Below are positions 13,626-26,597 of a stretch of DNA of 64,000 bases, one piece after another. The translations under genes and the position numbers were made by a program. Location of the stretch: NCBI GenBank assembly GCA_964016885.1, contig OZ024763.1, positions 17,670,001 through 17,734,000 of the forward strand, in the 5' to 3' direction. This DNA is from Eledone cirrhosa. Its lineage: Eukaryota. Numbering within the stretch: the first letter of the stretch is position 1; every line of letters begins with the position of its first letter. The notes under the pieces are model-generated. The model searched no databases. It was not told where the DNA came from and saw only the letters and a program-made list of their open reading frames with translations.

Positions 13626-13897
13626 TAAAATGTTAAACAGACACTGGAACGTTTTAAAAAGTGGAAAGAAAAAGAAAATTTATCATTAATTGATTGCGAA
13701 ATTAAATTTAAAATGGAATAGATATGCTTAAAGGTACAGACTGTTAATAATAATAGTAATAGTAATAATAATAATAATAATAATGAGAAGACAGGAGGAG
13801 GAGGAGGGGGGGAATGGTGATGAGGATGCTGATAAAAATTATTTGAAAAGAAAAAGTGATGAGGATCTTGATAAAAATAATATTAATCGCAATAATA

Positions 13898-14495
13898 ATA
13901 ATTGTTTCTACTTTAGGCACAAGGCCAGCAATTATCCCAGTGTATTACTGGTACTTTATATTTATCGACCCCCGTAAGGATGAAAGGCAAAGTTAACCTC
14001 GGCGGGATTTGAACTCAGACCATAAAGGGGCGTAACTCTATGCTGGAAAGCATAGAGTTACTCTACCGGTACTGCCAATTCACCACATAAACTTATAATT
14101 GTTTCTACGTTAGGCACAAGGCCAGCAATTATCCCAGTGTATTACTGGTACTTTATTTTATCGACCCCCGTAAGGATGAAAGGCAAAGTCAACCTCGGCG
14201 GGATTTGAACTCAGACCGTAAAGGGACGTAACTCTATGCTGGAAAGCATGCCGTCCGACCCTCTACCGATACTGCCAATGGTTTCTTATATAAGCACAAT
14301 GCCAGCAATTTTGGGGGAGTGGAAAGTTGATTAAATCAACCCCAGTGTATTACCGGTGCTTTATTTTATCGACCCCTTAAGGATGAAAGGCAAAGTTAAC
14401 CTCGGCGGGATTTGAACTCAGACAGTAAAGGGACGTAACTATATGCTGCAAAGCATGGTGTCTGACGCTCTACCGATACTGCCAATCCACCGCTC
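13898..14495 (-). mobile_element. Three head-to-tail SINE family A copies
   Basis: Tails begin near 13898, 14096 and 14281. Confidence 0.85.
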
Positions 14496-14660
14496 TAATA
14501 TAATAATAATAATGATTTCATCTATTGGCCACAAGGGCCGACATGTAGGGGACAATACAAAGACAGGGACAGTGGGGGGGGGCTTACAATAAGCTCGAGT
14601 AAAATTGCACAATAGCAAATCCAATTTAACAATGAAAATATGAAATAGACTATGTATAAA

Positions 14661-14997
14661 CATCATCATCATCATTTTACGTCCGCTTTTCCCTGCTTGC
14701 AAGGGTGGGACGGGAACTGATTCTGGCTTGATTTCTACAGCTGGATGCCCTTCCTAACACCAACCTCATTTACAGTGAGTGCTGGGTGCTTTTTTATCGT
14801 GGCACCTCCACAACCATTTTACAGTGGAATGATAGGGACCCCAGTCCCTATCATCTCATTTCTACAGCTGAGTAAACTGGAGCAATGTGAAATAAAGTGT
14901 CTTGCTCAAGGAAACAACACATCACCCGGTCTGAGAATTGAACTCACAACCTTTCGATTGCAAGGTAAATGCTCTAACCACTAAGCCATCTGCCTCC
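14661..14997 (-). mobile_element. tRNA-derived SINE family B with RTE-type tail
   Basis: Head TGGCTTAGTGG...GAGTTCAATTC, CCTTGAGCAAGACACTT (CORE/V-like), GGAAGGGCATCCAGC, (GAT)n tail. Confidence 0.85.
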
Positions 14998-15224
14998 AAA
15001 CATAACAAAATAAATTCCCCAATAGGGGTGTATGAACCACCCAGGGGTAACTCAAGTACACCCACCAATCCTGAACCACCCAACACTCCTAGGGCACCCG
15101 GGAGAGCACCTCCTCTCCTCCTCAAATTAACCATCCTACAGTCACATGGTCAGAGTAGGCCGACTCTCACCGGTCATTCTCGCCACATTCATCTGCATAA
15201 ATAGTCTTTGACAACACAATTACT

Positions 15225-15400
15225 GGGCCTTGTCCGGTCGCCGTCGAGAGCTCAGGCATACTTGGACCCCCTACTGCCGAGCTCCTCCGGAAGATTGGAG
15301 CGTCGGTGGCCCGTCTGAGGAAGGTGGCCCTGCGAGGTTGGGTGGCTGTTGCAGCGGGTGTCACTGGCCATTGTCTGCGAGGCGCAGCACTTCTGCTCTC
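15225..15400 (+). mobile_element. C-terminal fragment of an REL-endonuclease non-LTR retrotransposon (CRE-like)
   Basis: GC-rich; PVAVESSGILGPPTAELLRKIGASVARLRK then, after a frameshift, EVGWLLQRVSLAIV. Resembles the 'P.A.ET.G..G...L.QR.S.AI.RGN' tail. Confidence 0.6.
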
Positions 15401-15566
15401 ATGCCCCAGGCCCAAAGCCTAATCACCCTCTCCCTTCACCCCTCTCCTCTCTTCTGCAACACCAGAACTCTTGCCCTGCCCCTCCCTTTCCCGTTCTTTT
15501 TCTTTTATATTTCCCTATCCTTTCTTTCTTTTTGTCCCCCCCCCCTTTTTTTTTCTTACTAAACCA

Positions 15567-15903
15567 ACAGTATATTATCAAATATACTATACATTCATTC
15601 ATACATCGCTATTTCAGAACACTGATACTAATTTCTAATTTTTGCTGGACCGGCAACTGCTCTGTTTAATCAGCTCCTAAACATCACTGGAATTCTATAA
15701 GAATCCAGCTTCTATAGGTCTGGATGGAAGCGAAGGGATATGCAATCTTGATAATCGCTAATGAGCGAGAAACAGCTGTCGGTTGCCTCCCTTTGTTTTT
15801 GCCGAGACTAAGTAAGTGACATAATCACTACTTTAAAACTCATAGCGAATGGTCTTCAAAATGTTTTTAAATAAAGGTACAGTATATTATCAAATATACT
15901 ATA
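15567..15903 (+). mobile_element. Retrozyme/Penelope-pLTR-like short element (312-bp unit plus 25-bp terminal redundancy)
   Basis: Identical ACAGTATATTATCAAATATACTATA at 15567-15591 and 15879-15903 encloses a non-coding unit with the hammerhead and a downstream AATAAA. Confidence 0.6.
15733..15793 (+). ncRNA. Type I hammerhead ribozyme, variant U3-A8 core
   Basis: Stem I GCAATC(15742-47)/GGTTGC(15781-86), extended by AAGGGA/TCCCTT across an internal loop. Core TTGATAA (15748-54), stem II TCGC-taatga-GCGA, GAAA, palindromic stem III ACAGCTGT, GUC triplet. Predicted cleavage after 15780. Confidence 0.75.
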
Positions 15904-16599
15904 TGCCCCCACTCCCTCCCACTGCAAAGTGGACATGTAGGCGCCACAGAAAAAAAGCACCCAGCACTCACTGTAAATGAGGTTGGTGTTGAGAAGGGCA
16001 TCCAGCTGTAGAAATCAAGCCAGAATCAGTTCCCGTCCCACCCTTGCAAGACATGGTCAGCCGACCAGCTATTGCCTACAACAGGACAACCCATCTAACC
16101 CATGCTAGCGTGGAAGAATGGACGTAAAACGGTGATGATGATGATACATTCATAAATAAGGTTTGTTTTTTTCACGAGATGTTAATTGTTGAAATATGGA
16201 ATTAAATGACTTTCTAATCATTATCTAAACATCATCAATGAATGCTGGTAATTTTATTTATGGAATATATCATGTAAACGTAGTTTAATAGAGAAAGGAA
16301 AAGTGAAAATTTAGATTGAGAAGAATGGAATGTAAAATAGGAAAATATATGGGGAAAGGAAGGGAATGGCAAGGACTCTAGTGACACAGAAAAATGGAGG
16401 GAGGCAGAGGATAGGGCTCTGGGCCTTAGGGTGTGGTGGTAAAGGGGCTGTGCCCTGCAGACAAGACTGCTAAAGTATTCCCGTGGACCAATGAATTAAT
16501 TTCTAAGTTCTTCATGAAATTGCCTCCACCACCACCACCATCAATAACAACAAAAAATAATAATTTTGTCCGAAAATTGTTAACCAGGCAAATAAAACA

Positions 16600-17125
16600 G
16601 CTTTGTTGCTGTTGTTGCTGTTGTTATGGTTGTTGTTACTGGTGGTGGTAATTTAGTTGTTGCTGTTATTGTTACTGTTATTGTTGGTGGTAATTTAGTT
16701 GTTGTTGGTGGTGGTGGTGGTGTTGGTGTTGTTGGTAATTTAGTTGTTGTTGTTGTTGTTGTTGTTGTTGGTGTGGGTGTTGGTGTTGTTGGTGGTGGTA
16801 ATTTAGTTGTTGCTGTTGGTGTTGGTGGTGGTGTTGGTGTTGTTGGTGGTGGTAATTTAGTTGTTGCTGTTGTTGTTGTTATTGTTACTGTTGTTGGTGG
16901 TGATGTTATTGTTGTTGCTGTTACTGTTGTTGTTGTTACTGTTGTTGCTGTTGTTGTTGCTGTTGTTGTTACTGTTGTAGTTACTGTTACTGTTGTTGTT
17001 GTTGTTTTTTTGTAGTTATTGTTGTTACTTTACTATTAATGTTGCTATAGTTCTTCTTGTTATTATTGTTGTCGTCATTATCATTATGGTTGCTACTTTA
17101 GTAGTAGTAGTAGTAGTAGTAGTGG
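16600..17125. repeat. (GTT/GGT)n degenerate trinucleotide tract
   Basis: Seen directly in the sequence. Confidence 0.9.
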
Positions 17126-17441
17126 CAAGAGCAACGTGAAATAAAGTGTCTTACTGAAAATTGATCTCTCTGACCACTAAACTCTATGTCCAATATTAAC
17201 CCTTTTGATTCTAAACCCCCTGAAACTGCCCTTGAATCTTTGATACAAAACTGTTCATTTTAAACTATTTTTCCCCATATTAAAACTTATTTTAACCCTT
17301 TTAATACTAAACAACCTGAAAGTGTCCCTGAATTTATGATACAGACCTCGTCATTTTAAAATATTTATATTTACATTAAAATCTTCCATCATATTTTATT
17401 TCAGAAATATTTGTTAAGTTATGTTCTAAATATGAATTTCA

Positions 17442-17965
17442 TCATCATCATCATCATCGTTTAACGTCCATGTTCCACGCTTGCATGGGTTTGGACGGGA
17501 GTTTTCCCACTTGAGGCATAGGACTGTCTGGCGGGTTTTCTACAGCTGGATGCCCTTCCTAACACCAACCACATTTACAGTGTGGGACTGGGAGGTTTTT
17601 ACCGTGTTGCCTACACGGCCACATTACAGCGTGGACTGTGTGTTTTTTGTTGTGACACCTACACGATCTCGTTTGTTTCGGCCTGGATGTTGTGGCACCA
17701 ACATAACTTTACATTGAAAGGGGCGGTGTGGATGGGGTGGGGGTGGTGTGACGGGGGGTGTATTTTATTAGAGATGCCTACTGACTGTAGTAGGTTTTAC
17801 TTTGTATTTAGGTAAGGCGGGTCTTCTCTATTACTGAGTACCACCAAAGATCTCGGTCCAGTGACATTGTCTTGGAGAGGTGTAAGTGTGTGAGGTTGGA
17901 ATTTATCAGATCATCCCAGGTTTTTCTGGGTCTGCCTACTCTGTGGCTACCGTCTATCTTTATTC
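17442..17965 (-). mobile_element. 3' fragment of the RTE LINE family
   Basis: Reverse complement matches 61530-62073 (GRPRKTWDDLINSNLTHLHLSK, 3' UTR, (GAT)n tail). Confidence 0.85.
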
Positions 17966-18619
17966 ATGAAAATTTTAAATTAAATCCATTTATGATACAA
18001 AACTCGTCATTTAAAAATGTTTATATGTGTATTAAAGCTATATTTTAACCCTTTTAATACCAACATTCTCCTGGATATATGATAGAAAACTGGTCATTTT
18101 AAAATGTTTCTACATATATTAAAACTTTCCATCATAATTTTATTTTAGGAAATTTTCTTAAGTAATGTTTTAAATATTGGCTTACTAATGAAAAATTTAG
18201 TTACTCTATTGATGGTCACCCTTAACTCCTTGAGGGAATCATAGGGTTGTCTTATTGATATACAGTCTTTCTAGGGCACTTTTAAAGCCTGGTGGAGCCC
18301 ATCACCTCTCCAGGTGTGAATACAGCAGATTTCTTCCAGAGAATGATAGAGAGAGTGAGAGAAAGTTAGAAAGAGATATAGAGGAAGAATTGACCCCAGT
18401 ACTAGACTGGTACTTTTTTTTATTGACCTTGACAGAATAAAAGGTAAAGATGATCTTAATGCGATTTGAACACTCAGAGAGTAGACAGACAAAACAAACA
18501 CCACAAAGCATTGTATCCAACATTCTAACAATTCGCCACCTGTAATTGCTTTATTAAATTCCTCCAAATTTGGGGGTTATTTTAAAAATTAATCGAAACA
18601 CATAAGCTGAGTATTTAAT

Positions 18620-19173
18620 TAGGAATAGAGTAATGAAAGGGTTATTAACATATGTAGTGTCTTTCATTAGAAATATGGTAATGAAAGGGTTAAAGACATA
18701 GACAGTGTCTTTCATTAGAAATATCGTAATGAAAGGGTTAATGACATAGACAGTGTCTTTCATTAGAAATATGGTAATGAAAGGGTTAATGACATAGACA
18801 GTGTCTTTCATTAGAAATATCGTAATGAAAGGGTTAATGACATAGACAGTGTCTTTCATTAGAAATATTGTAATGAAAGGGTTAATGACATAAACAGTGT
18901 CTTTCATTAGAAATATAGTAATGAAAGGGTTAATGACATAAACAGTGTCTTTCATTAGAAATATAGTAATGAAAAGATTAAAGACATAGACAGTATCTTT
19001 CATTAGAAATATGATAATGAAAGGGTTAATGACATAGACATATTCTTTCTATAGAAATATGGTAATGAAAGGGTTAATGACATAGACAGTGTCTTTCATT
19101 AAAAATATGGTAATGAAAGGGTTAATGACATAGACATTGTCTTTCATTAAAAATATGGTAATGAAAGGGTTAA
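18620..19173. repeat. 48-bp tandem array (~11 copies) containing a MITE end and TTAA
   Basis: Unit GTAATGAAAGGGTTAATGACATAGACAGTGTCTTTCATTAGAAATATG. Confidence 0.92.
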
Positions 19174-19651
19174 GAATGAAATCTGGAAAAAGACCAACCA
19201 AGCATAATTTTTATTATTATTAGTATTATTAATTAATTCGAAATGGACAGAAATTTTTTCTTTCCTTCTTATAATTATTTTCATGTGAGAGGATGGGTGG
19301 GGGCTTAATTTGACAAAAGAAGAAAGAAAGAAAACATGGAGACAGTATTGTATCATGGAATAATTTTTTTATTTAAATGGTTTTTTTTTCAAACCTGGTC
19401 ACATAATTGCATGTTTTCTAACCTCACTTAACACACTTTAGTTAGGTTCAATTACTTATGGTCTCCATTTCTTGACAACATGAATAGAAGAATAGTTTGA
19501 AAGCAGTGGCGGGAGGGGGGAGGGGTGCTATTGGTGGTGGGTGTGTTGGTGATGAGGGATTTGTTGTGATGGTGGTGTTAGTGCTATTTGTGATGATGGT
19601 GGTTGTAATAGTAGTAGAGCAGCAGTAGTAGTAATAACAGTGGTGGTAGTG

Positions 19652-19860
19652 GTAGTTCTCATGGTGTGGTGGCAGGAGTGGTGGTGGTGGTGGTAGTTCT
19701 CATGGTGTGGTGGCAGGAGTGGTGGTGGTGGTGGTAGTTCTCATGGTGTGGTGGCAGGAGTGGTGGTGGTGGTGGTAGTTCTCATGGTGTGGTGGCAGGA
19801 GTGGTGGTGGTGGTGGTAGTTCTCATGGTGTGGTGGCAGGAGTGGTAGTGGTGGTGGTAG
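19652..19860. repeat. 41-bp minisatellite x5
   Basis: GTAGTTCTCATGGTGTGGTGGCAGGAGTGGTGGTGGTGGTG. Confidence 0.9.
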
Positions 19861-19888
19861 TGAGCCGAAACGAATACCGCAAAGTATT

Positions 19889-20860
19889 TTAACCTTTTAA
19901 TGTTCAAACCGGCCAAAACCGGCCAGGATTCTCTACCTTTTTCTGTTGAAACTGGCTGTAACTGGTCACTCATAGATTCGATATTATGTGAGATATTTAT
20001 GTGAGGTAAAGCCTTTACCATGAAAATATAATAGTATATATAGAGTAATGTAAATAGTATGTGAGATATTATGTGAGGTAAAGCCTTTACCATGAAAATA
20101 CAATAGTATATATAGAGTAATGTAAATGTTATGTGAGATATTATGTGAGGTAAAGCCTTTACCATGAAAATACAATAGTATATATAGAGTAATGTAAATG
20201 TTATGTGAGATATTATGTGAGGTAAAGCCTTTACCATGAAAATATAATAGTATATATAGAGTAATGTAAATAGTATGTGAGATATTATGTGAGGTAAAGC
20301 CTTTACCATGAAAATACAATAGTATATATAGAGTAATGTAAATGTTATGTGAGATATTATGTGAGGTAAAGCCTTTACCATGAAAATACAATAGTATATA
20401 TAGAGTAATGTAAATGTTATGTGAGATATTATGTGAGGTAAAGCCTTTACCATGAAAATACAATAGTATATATAGAGTAATGTAAATGTTATGTGAGATA
20501 TTATGTGAGGTAAAGCCTTTACCATGAAAATACAATAGTATATATAGAGTAATGTAAATGTTATGTGAGATATTATGTGAGGTAAAGCCTTTACCATGAA
20601 AATATAATAGTATATATAGAGTAATGTAAATAGTATGTGAGATATTATGTGAGATAAAGCCTTTACCATGAAAATACAATAGTATATATAGAGTAATGTA
20701 AATGTTATGTGAGATATTATGTGAGGTAAAGCCTTTACCATGAAAATACAATAGTATATATAGAGTAATGTAAATGTTATGTGAGATATTATGTGAGGTA
20801 AAGCCTTTACCATGAAAATACAATAGTATATATAGAGTAATGTGAATGCTAAAGAGTTAA
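19889..20860 (+). mobile_element. piggyBac-type MITE with expanded 59-bp array
   Basis: TTAA-CCTTTTAA...AATGCTAAAGAG-TTAA; about 14 internal units. Confidence 0.75.
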
Positions 20861-21252
20861 AGAGAGAGAGAGAGAGAGGCAGTAAGAAAGAGATATAGTG
20901 GAAGAATCAACCCCAGTACTTGACTGGTACTTCTTTTATTGATCTCAAATAGATGAAAGGCAAAGTTGTCCTCGGTGGGATTTGAACTCAGAGAGCCAAA
21001 ACGAATACCATAAAGCAATCTATCTGACTTTAAAGATGGAGGGATAGAGTGGAGAGGTAAAAAAGAGATATAGACGAAGAATCGACTTCAGTATATGACT
21101 GGTACTGTCTTTTTTTTAAATTGACTGGAAAAGGATGAAAGGCAAAGTTGAGCTCAACGCCGACCTGGGATTTAAACTCAGAGAGAACACAGAGAGCCAG
21201 CAGTAATACTCCAAACCATTTTATCTGACATTAAGGAAAAAGAGATATAGAG

Positions 21253-21640
21253 CAGGCATGTCAAACATGCGCCCTGCGTGTGGCATGCTGCCCTTTACAA
21301 GTACACCTTCGGCCCGCACGAATGTTTTTACTGCGTAAAGCATGTTTTATCTTCGTAATATAAAATTTTAAAAAATTAGTTAGGTGTTTGGCCATCAGAC
21401 AACACATATGTGACACATGTGGCCGTCAGACAACACATGTGGCCGTCAGACAACACATGTGACCCATGTGGCCGTCGGACAACACATATGTGACCCATGT
21501 GGCCGTCAGACAACACATGTGACCCATGTGGCCGTCGGACAACACATATGTGACCCATGTGGCCGTCGGACAACACATATGTGACCCACGTGGCCCTCGG
21601 ACAACACATATGTGACCCATGTGGCCCTCAGACAACACAG
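21253..21640 (+). mobile_element. hAT (Charlie-like) left end with internal ~30-bp tandem repeat
   Basis: TAGAG-CAGGCATGTCAAAC start, GGCCC-like subterminal motifs, and a GTGGCCGTCAGACAACACATATGTGACCCAT array at 21390-21639. Confidence 0.55.
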
Positions 21641-22371
21641 GTGTAGGTGTGTTGAAAAAGTGTTAATAGCAGTAATGAGTTGAGACGGTGAGTAGGGTTG
21701 GGTGGGGAGAAATGTAGCAAGTACGGCCTGCCCCGGTCATTCTCGAAAAATTCCTTTATTCAGGGGAAAAAGCTTTTAGTATTCCTTTGTGTTGAGAATG
21801 GTCATAGGCAAATCGCACCTGCCAAGTATGTAAACAATTTTTTTTTCTGAAGAATTTTTCTACGTCCATCCCAAAATTAGTCCTTTGTTCAACACACACA
21901 TATGTGCGTATATACGTACATACACACACGGGCATATGTAGGAATATATAGGCACACACCATCAATCACACACCCATGTACATATACATCCACATACATA
22001 CATAAAAACATTACTGCTATTAACACTTTATCAACACACCTACACCCCTACACTTATTAAAGGGGGAGAAAAAAAAACCCACCACACCACAGACACGTTA
22101 AATCCCTATATATAGAACAACACACCACATACACATCAGTTTGACAAGCGCACCACAGCGTGAAAGGTCGTTCTAAAAACGAAACAATACCTCCTACGTT
22201 AACCAAGAACTCCTAAGACCTAACCAACAACCAACAACTTAATTTATAAGATAATTTTTTTTTTTTTAAGAAAAAATTTTTTAGAATCCGGAAAAAAATT
22301 CTTTTTGAATTTTGTGAAGAAAATAAATTTGTTGAAAGCACAAGTGAAGCCATTTTTTCTTCCCCCCTGTC

Positions 22372-22429
<58 letters not shown>

Positions 22430-22431
<2 letters not shown>

Positions 22432-22690
22432 CAAAGGGATATTTAATTTGTTGGTAATTTAACAAATATATTTATAACAGATTCGAAGCACTCGACAAGT
22501 TTTCTGGAGTATAATATAAATGATATTAATAAATGGAAACTATATTTATAAAACCATATTTATTCTATTATATATATTTCAAGGGCACCAAAACTTTGGT
22601 ACGCTTTCATCAGATAAAATACAAAGTTTGTTTTATAAATATTGACATATCCAGGAATGAGACCTTAACAGTTCAAGTTCCATTTGGATA

Positions 22691-22691
<1 letters not shown>
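22430..22691 (-). mobile_element. Short hammerhead-bearing Penelope-like element in (TA)n
   Basis: About 260 bp of unique AT-rich sequence flanked on both sides by (TA)n; AATAAA lies immediately 3' of the ribozyme. Confidence 0.55.
22561..22621 (-). ncRNA. Type I hammerhead ribozyme
   Basis: Minus strand reads TATTTTAT-CTGATGA-AAGCGTACCAA(agtt)TTGGTGCCCTT-GAAA-TATATA-TA-ATAGAATA. Canonical core, 8-bp stem I, long stem II, palindromic stem III. Confidence 0.85.
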
Positions 22692-22727
<36 letters not shown>

Positions 22728-22966
22728 TACATGTATGTCTGTATCTATGTGAATGTATCATCATCATCATTGTTTAACATCCATTTTCCACGCAAGCATA
22801 CATATATATATGTGTGTGTGTGTGTGTGTGTCTATATATCTATATGTATATATATATATATATATATATAAACATGCATGTCTCTAGCTATATATCTATA
22901 TGTGTGTATATATATATATATATCTGCATGTGTGTCTATATATGTTTATATAACTACATGTATGTC

Positions 22967-22997
<31 letters not shown>

Positions 22998-23098
22998 ATA
23001 GAGATGTATGTCTCTGTATATATATATATATGTGTGTGTGTGTGTCTATATATTTATATATATATATATATATACATGCATGTCTCTAGCTATATATC

Positions 23099-23141
<43 letters not shown>

Positions 23142-23290
23142 GCATGTATGTCTATATATGTTTATATAACTACATGTATGTCTATATATATATATGTCTA
23201 TATATATGTGTGTGTGTGTATAGAGATATATGTCTCTGTATATATATATATATATATGTGTGTGTATGTGTATATATACATAGATGTATG

Positions 23291-23332
<42 letters not shown>

Positions 23333-23889
23333 TGTCTAGACATAATGATTATATTGAACTTACCCATTAACATAGATAAAAACTAAAATCAAATGATCTT
23401 CACTTCTCCTCTCCTTCATCTTCCTTATCTTTTTTATCTTTTTCATTCCACATCATTTTTTATTTCATCTTTTTTTCTCTTTTAATTTTCTCTTTTTCAT
23501 TTCACATGACTTTTTTATTTCATCTTTTTAATTATCTTTATTTTTATTTTTATCTTTTCGTTTCATTTTATTTTATATATATTTTTTTATTACTTTAATT
23601 TTTATTTTCTATCTTTTTTCATTTCATTTTCCTTTTTTTATTTCATGTCTTTTTTTTTTATTATTTTTCCTTTTACTTTTTGTATTTTATTTTATTTTAT
23701 TTTACTATATTTCTTTTTTTTTTTTCATTATTATTTTATTACATATTTCATTTTATTTTATATTATAATTTTACAAACTTTTCTGTCTTATTATTATCAT
23801 TATTATTATTATCATCATCATCGTTTAACGTCTATCTTTCACACTAGCATGGGTTAGAACATTATAATCACCATTATTATTATTATTAA

Positions 23890-24078
23890 AGGGCAGTGGA
23901 TTGGCAGTATCAGTAGAGGGTCGGACGCCATACTTTCCAGCATAGTTACGTCCCTTTACGATCTGAATTCAAATCCCGCCGAGGTTGACTTTGCCTTTCA
24001 TCCTTACAGGGTCGATAAAATAAAGTACCAGTAATGCACTGGGTTATTGCTGGCCTTGTGCCAAAAGTGGAAACAGTT
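23890..24078 (+). mobile_element. SINE family A
   Basis: Full-length match to the family. Confidence 0.85.
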
Positions 24079-24336
24079 ATTATTATTATTATTATTACCA
24101 TTATTACATCCTCTGTTTTTGTTTTTTTACACGCAGAAATGCCCATTTGTACCGTCCTGCATTGTCCTGCACTGTCCTTAATGTCTACTTTATGTAAACC
24201 CTTGTGGTTAATAAAGAAATCATTATTATTATTGTCATTTTATTACTATTATTATTATTATTATCATTATAATTATTGTTATTAGTGTTGTTGTTGTTAT
24301 TATAATCATTACCATTATTATTATTATTATTATTAT

Positions 24337-24374
<38 letters not shown>

Positions 24375-24627
24375 TCATTATTTATTTGTTTGTTTGTTTT
24401 CTCTATATATATTTTCATTCTGCTGCAGTAAGTTACTTTGAAAGCTTGAAAATATATTTGTCTCATTCTTTGATTATTCTAGACAAAAAGTGGAGGGAGG
24501 GGGCTGTAGTTGAGGCTTATGTGAAGAAGAACAAACCAAAAAAAAAAGAAACAGACAATATATATGTGTGTGTATGTATATATATATATGTGTGTGTGTA
24601 TATGTAATATATATATATATATAAGTG

Positions 24628-24662
<35 letters not shown>

Positions 24663-24709
24663 ATCATCATCATCACCGTTTAATGTCCATTTGTCCATAT
24701 ATATATATA

Positions 24710-25110
24710 TTACACCTCTCAAATGCGATGACACACGACCGTGACCACTGGCGTCACGCAGTAATACAGAGTACCCAACCTCCCATGAGTACAAGCTGAA
24801 GCATATAGACAATATGCCCCCACACCCTCCCAATGCAAGGTGGTCGTGGAGGTGCCACGGCAAAAAAAGCACCCAGCCCACACTGTAAAGTGGACATGTA
24901 GGCGCCACGGAAAAAGCACCCAGCACACACTGTAAATGAGGTTGGTGTTAGGAAGAGCATCCAGCTGTAGAAATCAAACCAAATCTGTTCCTGTATGAGC
25001 AAGGCATGGTCAGCCAACCAGACACTGCCCACAACACGAAAACCCGTCTAACCCATGCTTGAGTGGAAGAACGGACGTAAAACGGTGATGATAATGATGA
25101 TGATGATGAT
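24710..25110 (+). mobile_element. 3' fragment of the sister RTE subfamily
   Basis: Reverse-complement match to 62257-62627; (GAT)n tail. Confidence 0.75.
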
Positions 25111-25312
25111 ATATGTATATTGTATATATATATATATATAGGAGAGGGTCATATTTGTGTAATATTGCCAGAATTAATAACAGAACACACTCACTGTTTG
25201 GTTGGTTTTCGCTTCTCGCTGTCTTTTATATCTGCGATCTAACTAATTCATCGCCGCTATATATATATATATACACATAAATATACATATATATATATGT
25301 ATATATATATAT

Positions 25313-25895
25313 AAGACTACGTTGGTATGGCCACGTGATGCGCATGAAAGACGACAGCTGTATAAAAAAGTGCAGGGCGATCAAAATTGATGGTAGTTAC
25401 GGAGTAGGTAGACCCAGAAAAACCTGGGACGATCTGATAGATTCTGACCTTACACACTTACACCTCTCTAAGACAATGTCACTGGACCGAGATCTTTGGC
25501 GCTACACAGTAATACAGAAGACCCGCCTTGCCTATGTACAAAGCGAAACCTACAGTTAGTAGGCACCTCTTAACCAAATATACACCACAATCCACTACCC
25601 CTACCCTATCCTCCCACTCCCACCAACACCACCCTCCCTCTGTAAAGTTGGTACCACAACATCCAGTCCAAATAAATGAGATAAATGAGATCGAGATCAT
25701 GTAGGTGTCACGAGAAAAAAACACACAGTTCACGCTGTAATGTGGCCGTGTAGGTAACACGATAAAAAGTTCCCAGTTCCACACTGTAAATGAGGTTGGT
25801 GTTAGGAAGGGAATCCAGCTGTAGAAATCAAGCCAGAATCAGTTCCCGTCCCACCCTTGCAAGCAGGGAAAAAGCGGACGTAAAATGAAATGATG
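25313..25895 (+). mobile_element. 3' fragment of the same RTE LINE family
   Basis: RLRWYGHVMRMKDDSCIKKCRAIKIDGSYGVGRPRKTW...KTRLA, near-identical to 61462-61684, followed by 3' UTR. Confidence 0.88.
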
Positions 25896-26057
25896 TATAT
25901 ATATATATGTATATATATGTGTATATATATATATGTGTACCTTTATAACATAAAGTACCAGTAATACACTGATTTAATTGCTGGCCTTGTGCCAAAAGTA
26001 GAAACAATTATTACCAGAGTGAGATTGGTGTAGGTGTGAAGATCAATAACTAGGCAC

Positions 26058-26597
26058 GTACCTACTTACGAAGGTACATATCTACCTACATACACACTTA
26101 CCTACCTACCTACCTACGAAGGTACATATCTACCTACATACACACTTACCTACCTGCCTACCTACGAAGGTACATATCTACCTACATACACACTTACCTA
26201 CCTACCTACCTACGAAGGTACATATCTACCTACATACACACTTACCTACCTGCCTACCTACAAAGGTACATATCTACCTACATACACACTTACCTACCTG
26301 CCTACCTACGAAGGTACATATCTACCTACATACACACTTACCTGCATACCTACCTACATACACACTTACCTACCTACCTACAAAGGTACATATCTACCTA
26401 CATACACACTTACCTACCTACCTACCTACATACACACTTACCTACCTACCTACCTACACACTTACCTACCTACCTACAAAGGTACATACCTACCTACATA
26501 CACACTTACCTACCTACCTACCTACCTACAAAGGTACATATCTACCTACATACACACTTACCTGCCTACCTACCTATGAATCTAGCTACATACACAC
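26058..26597. repeat. ~48-bp (TACC)-based minisatellite
   Basis: TACCTACGAAGGTACATATCTACCTACATACACACT repeated. Confidence 0.92.
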
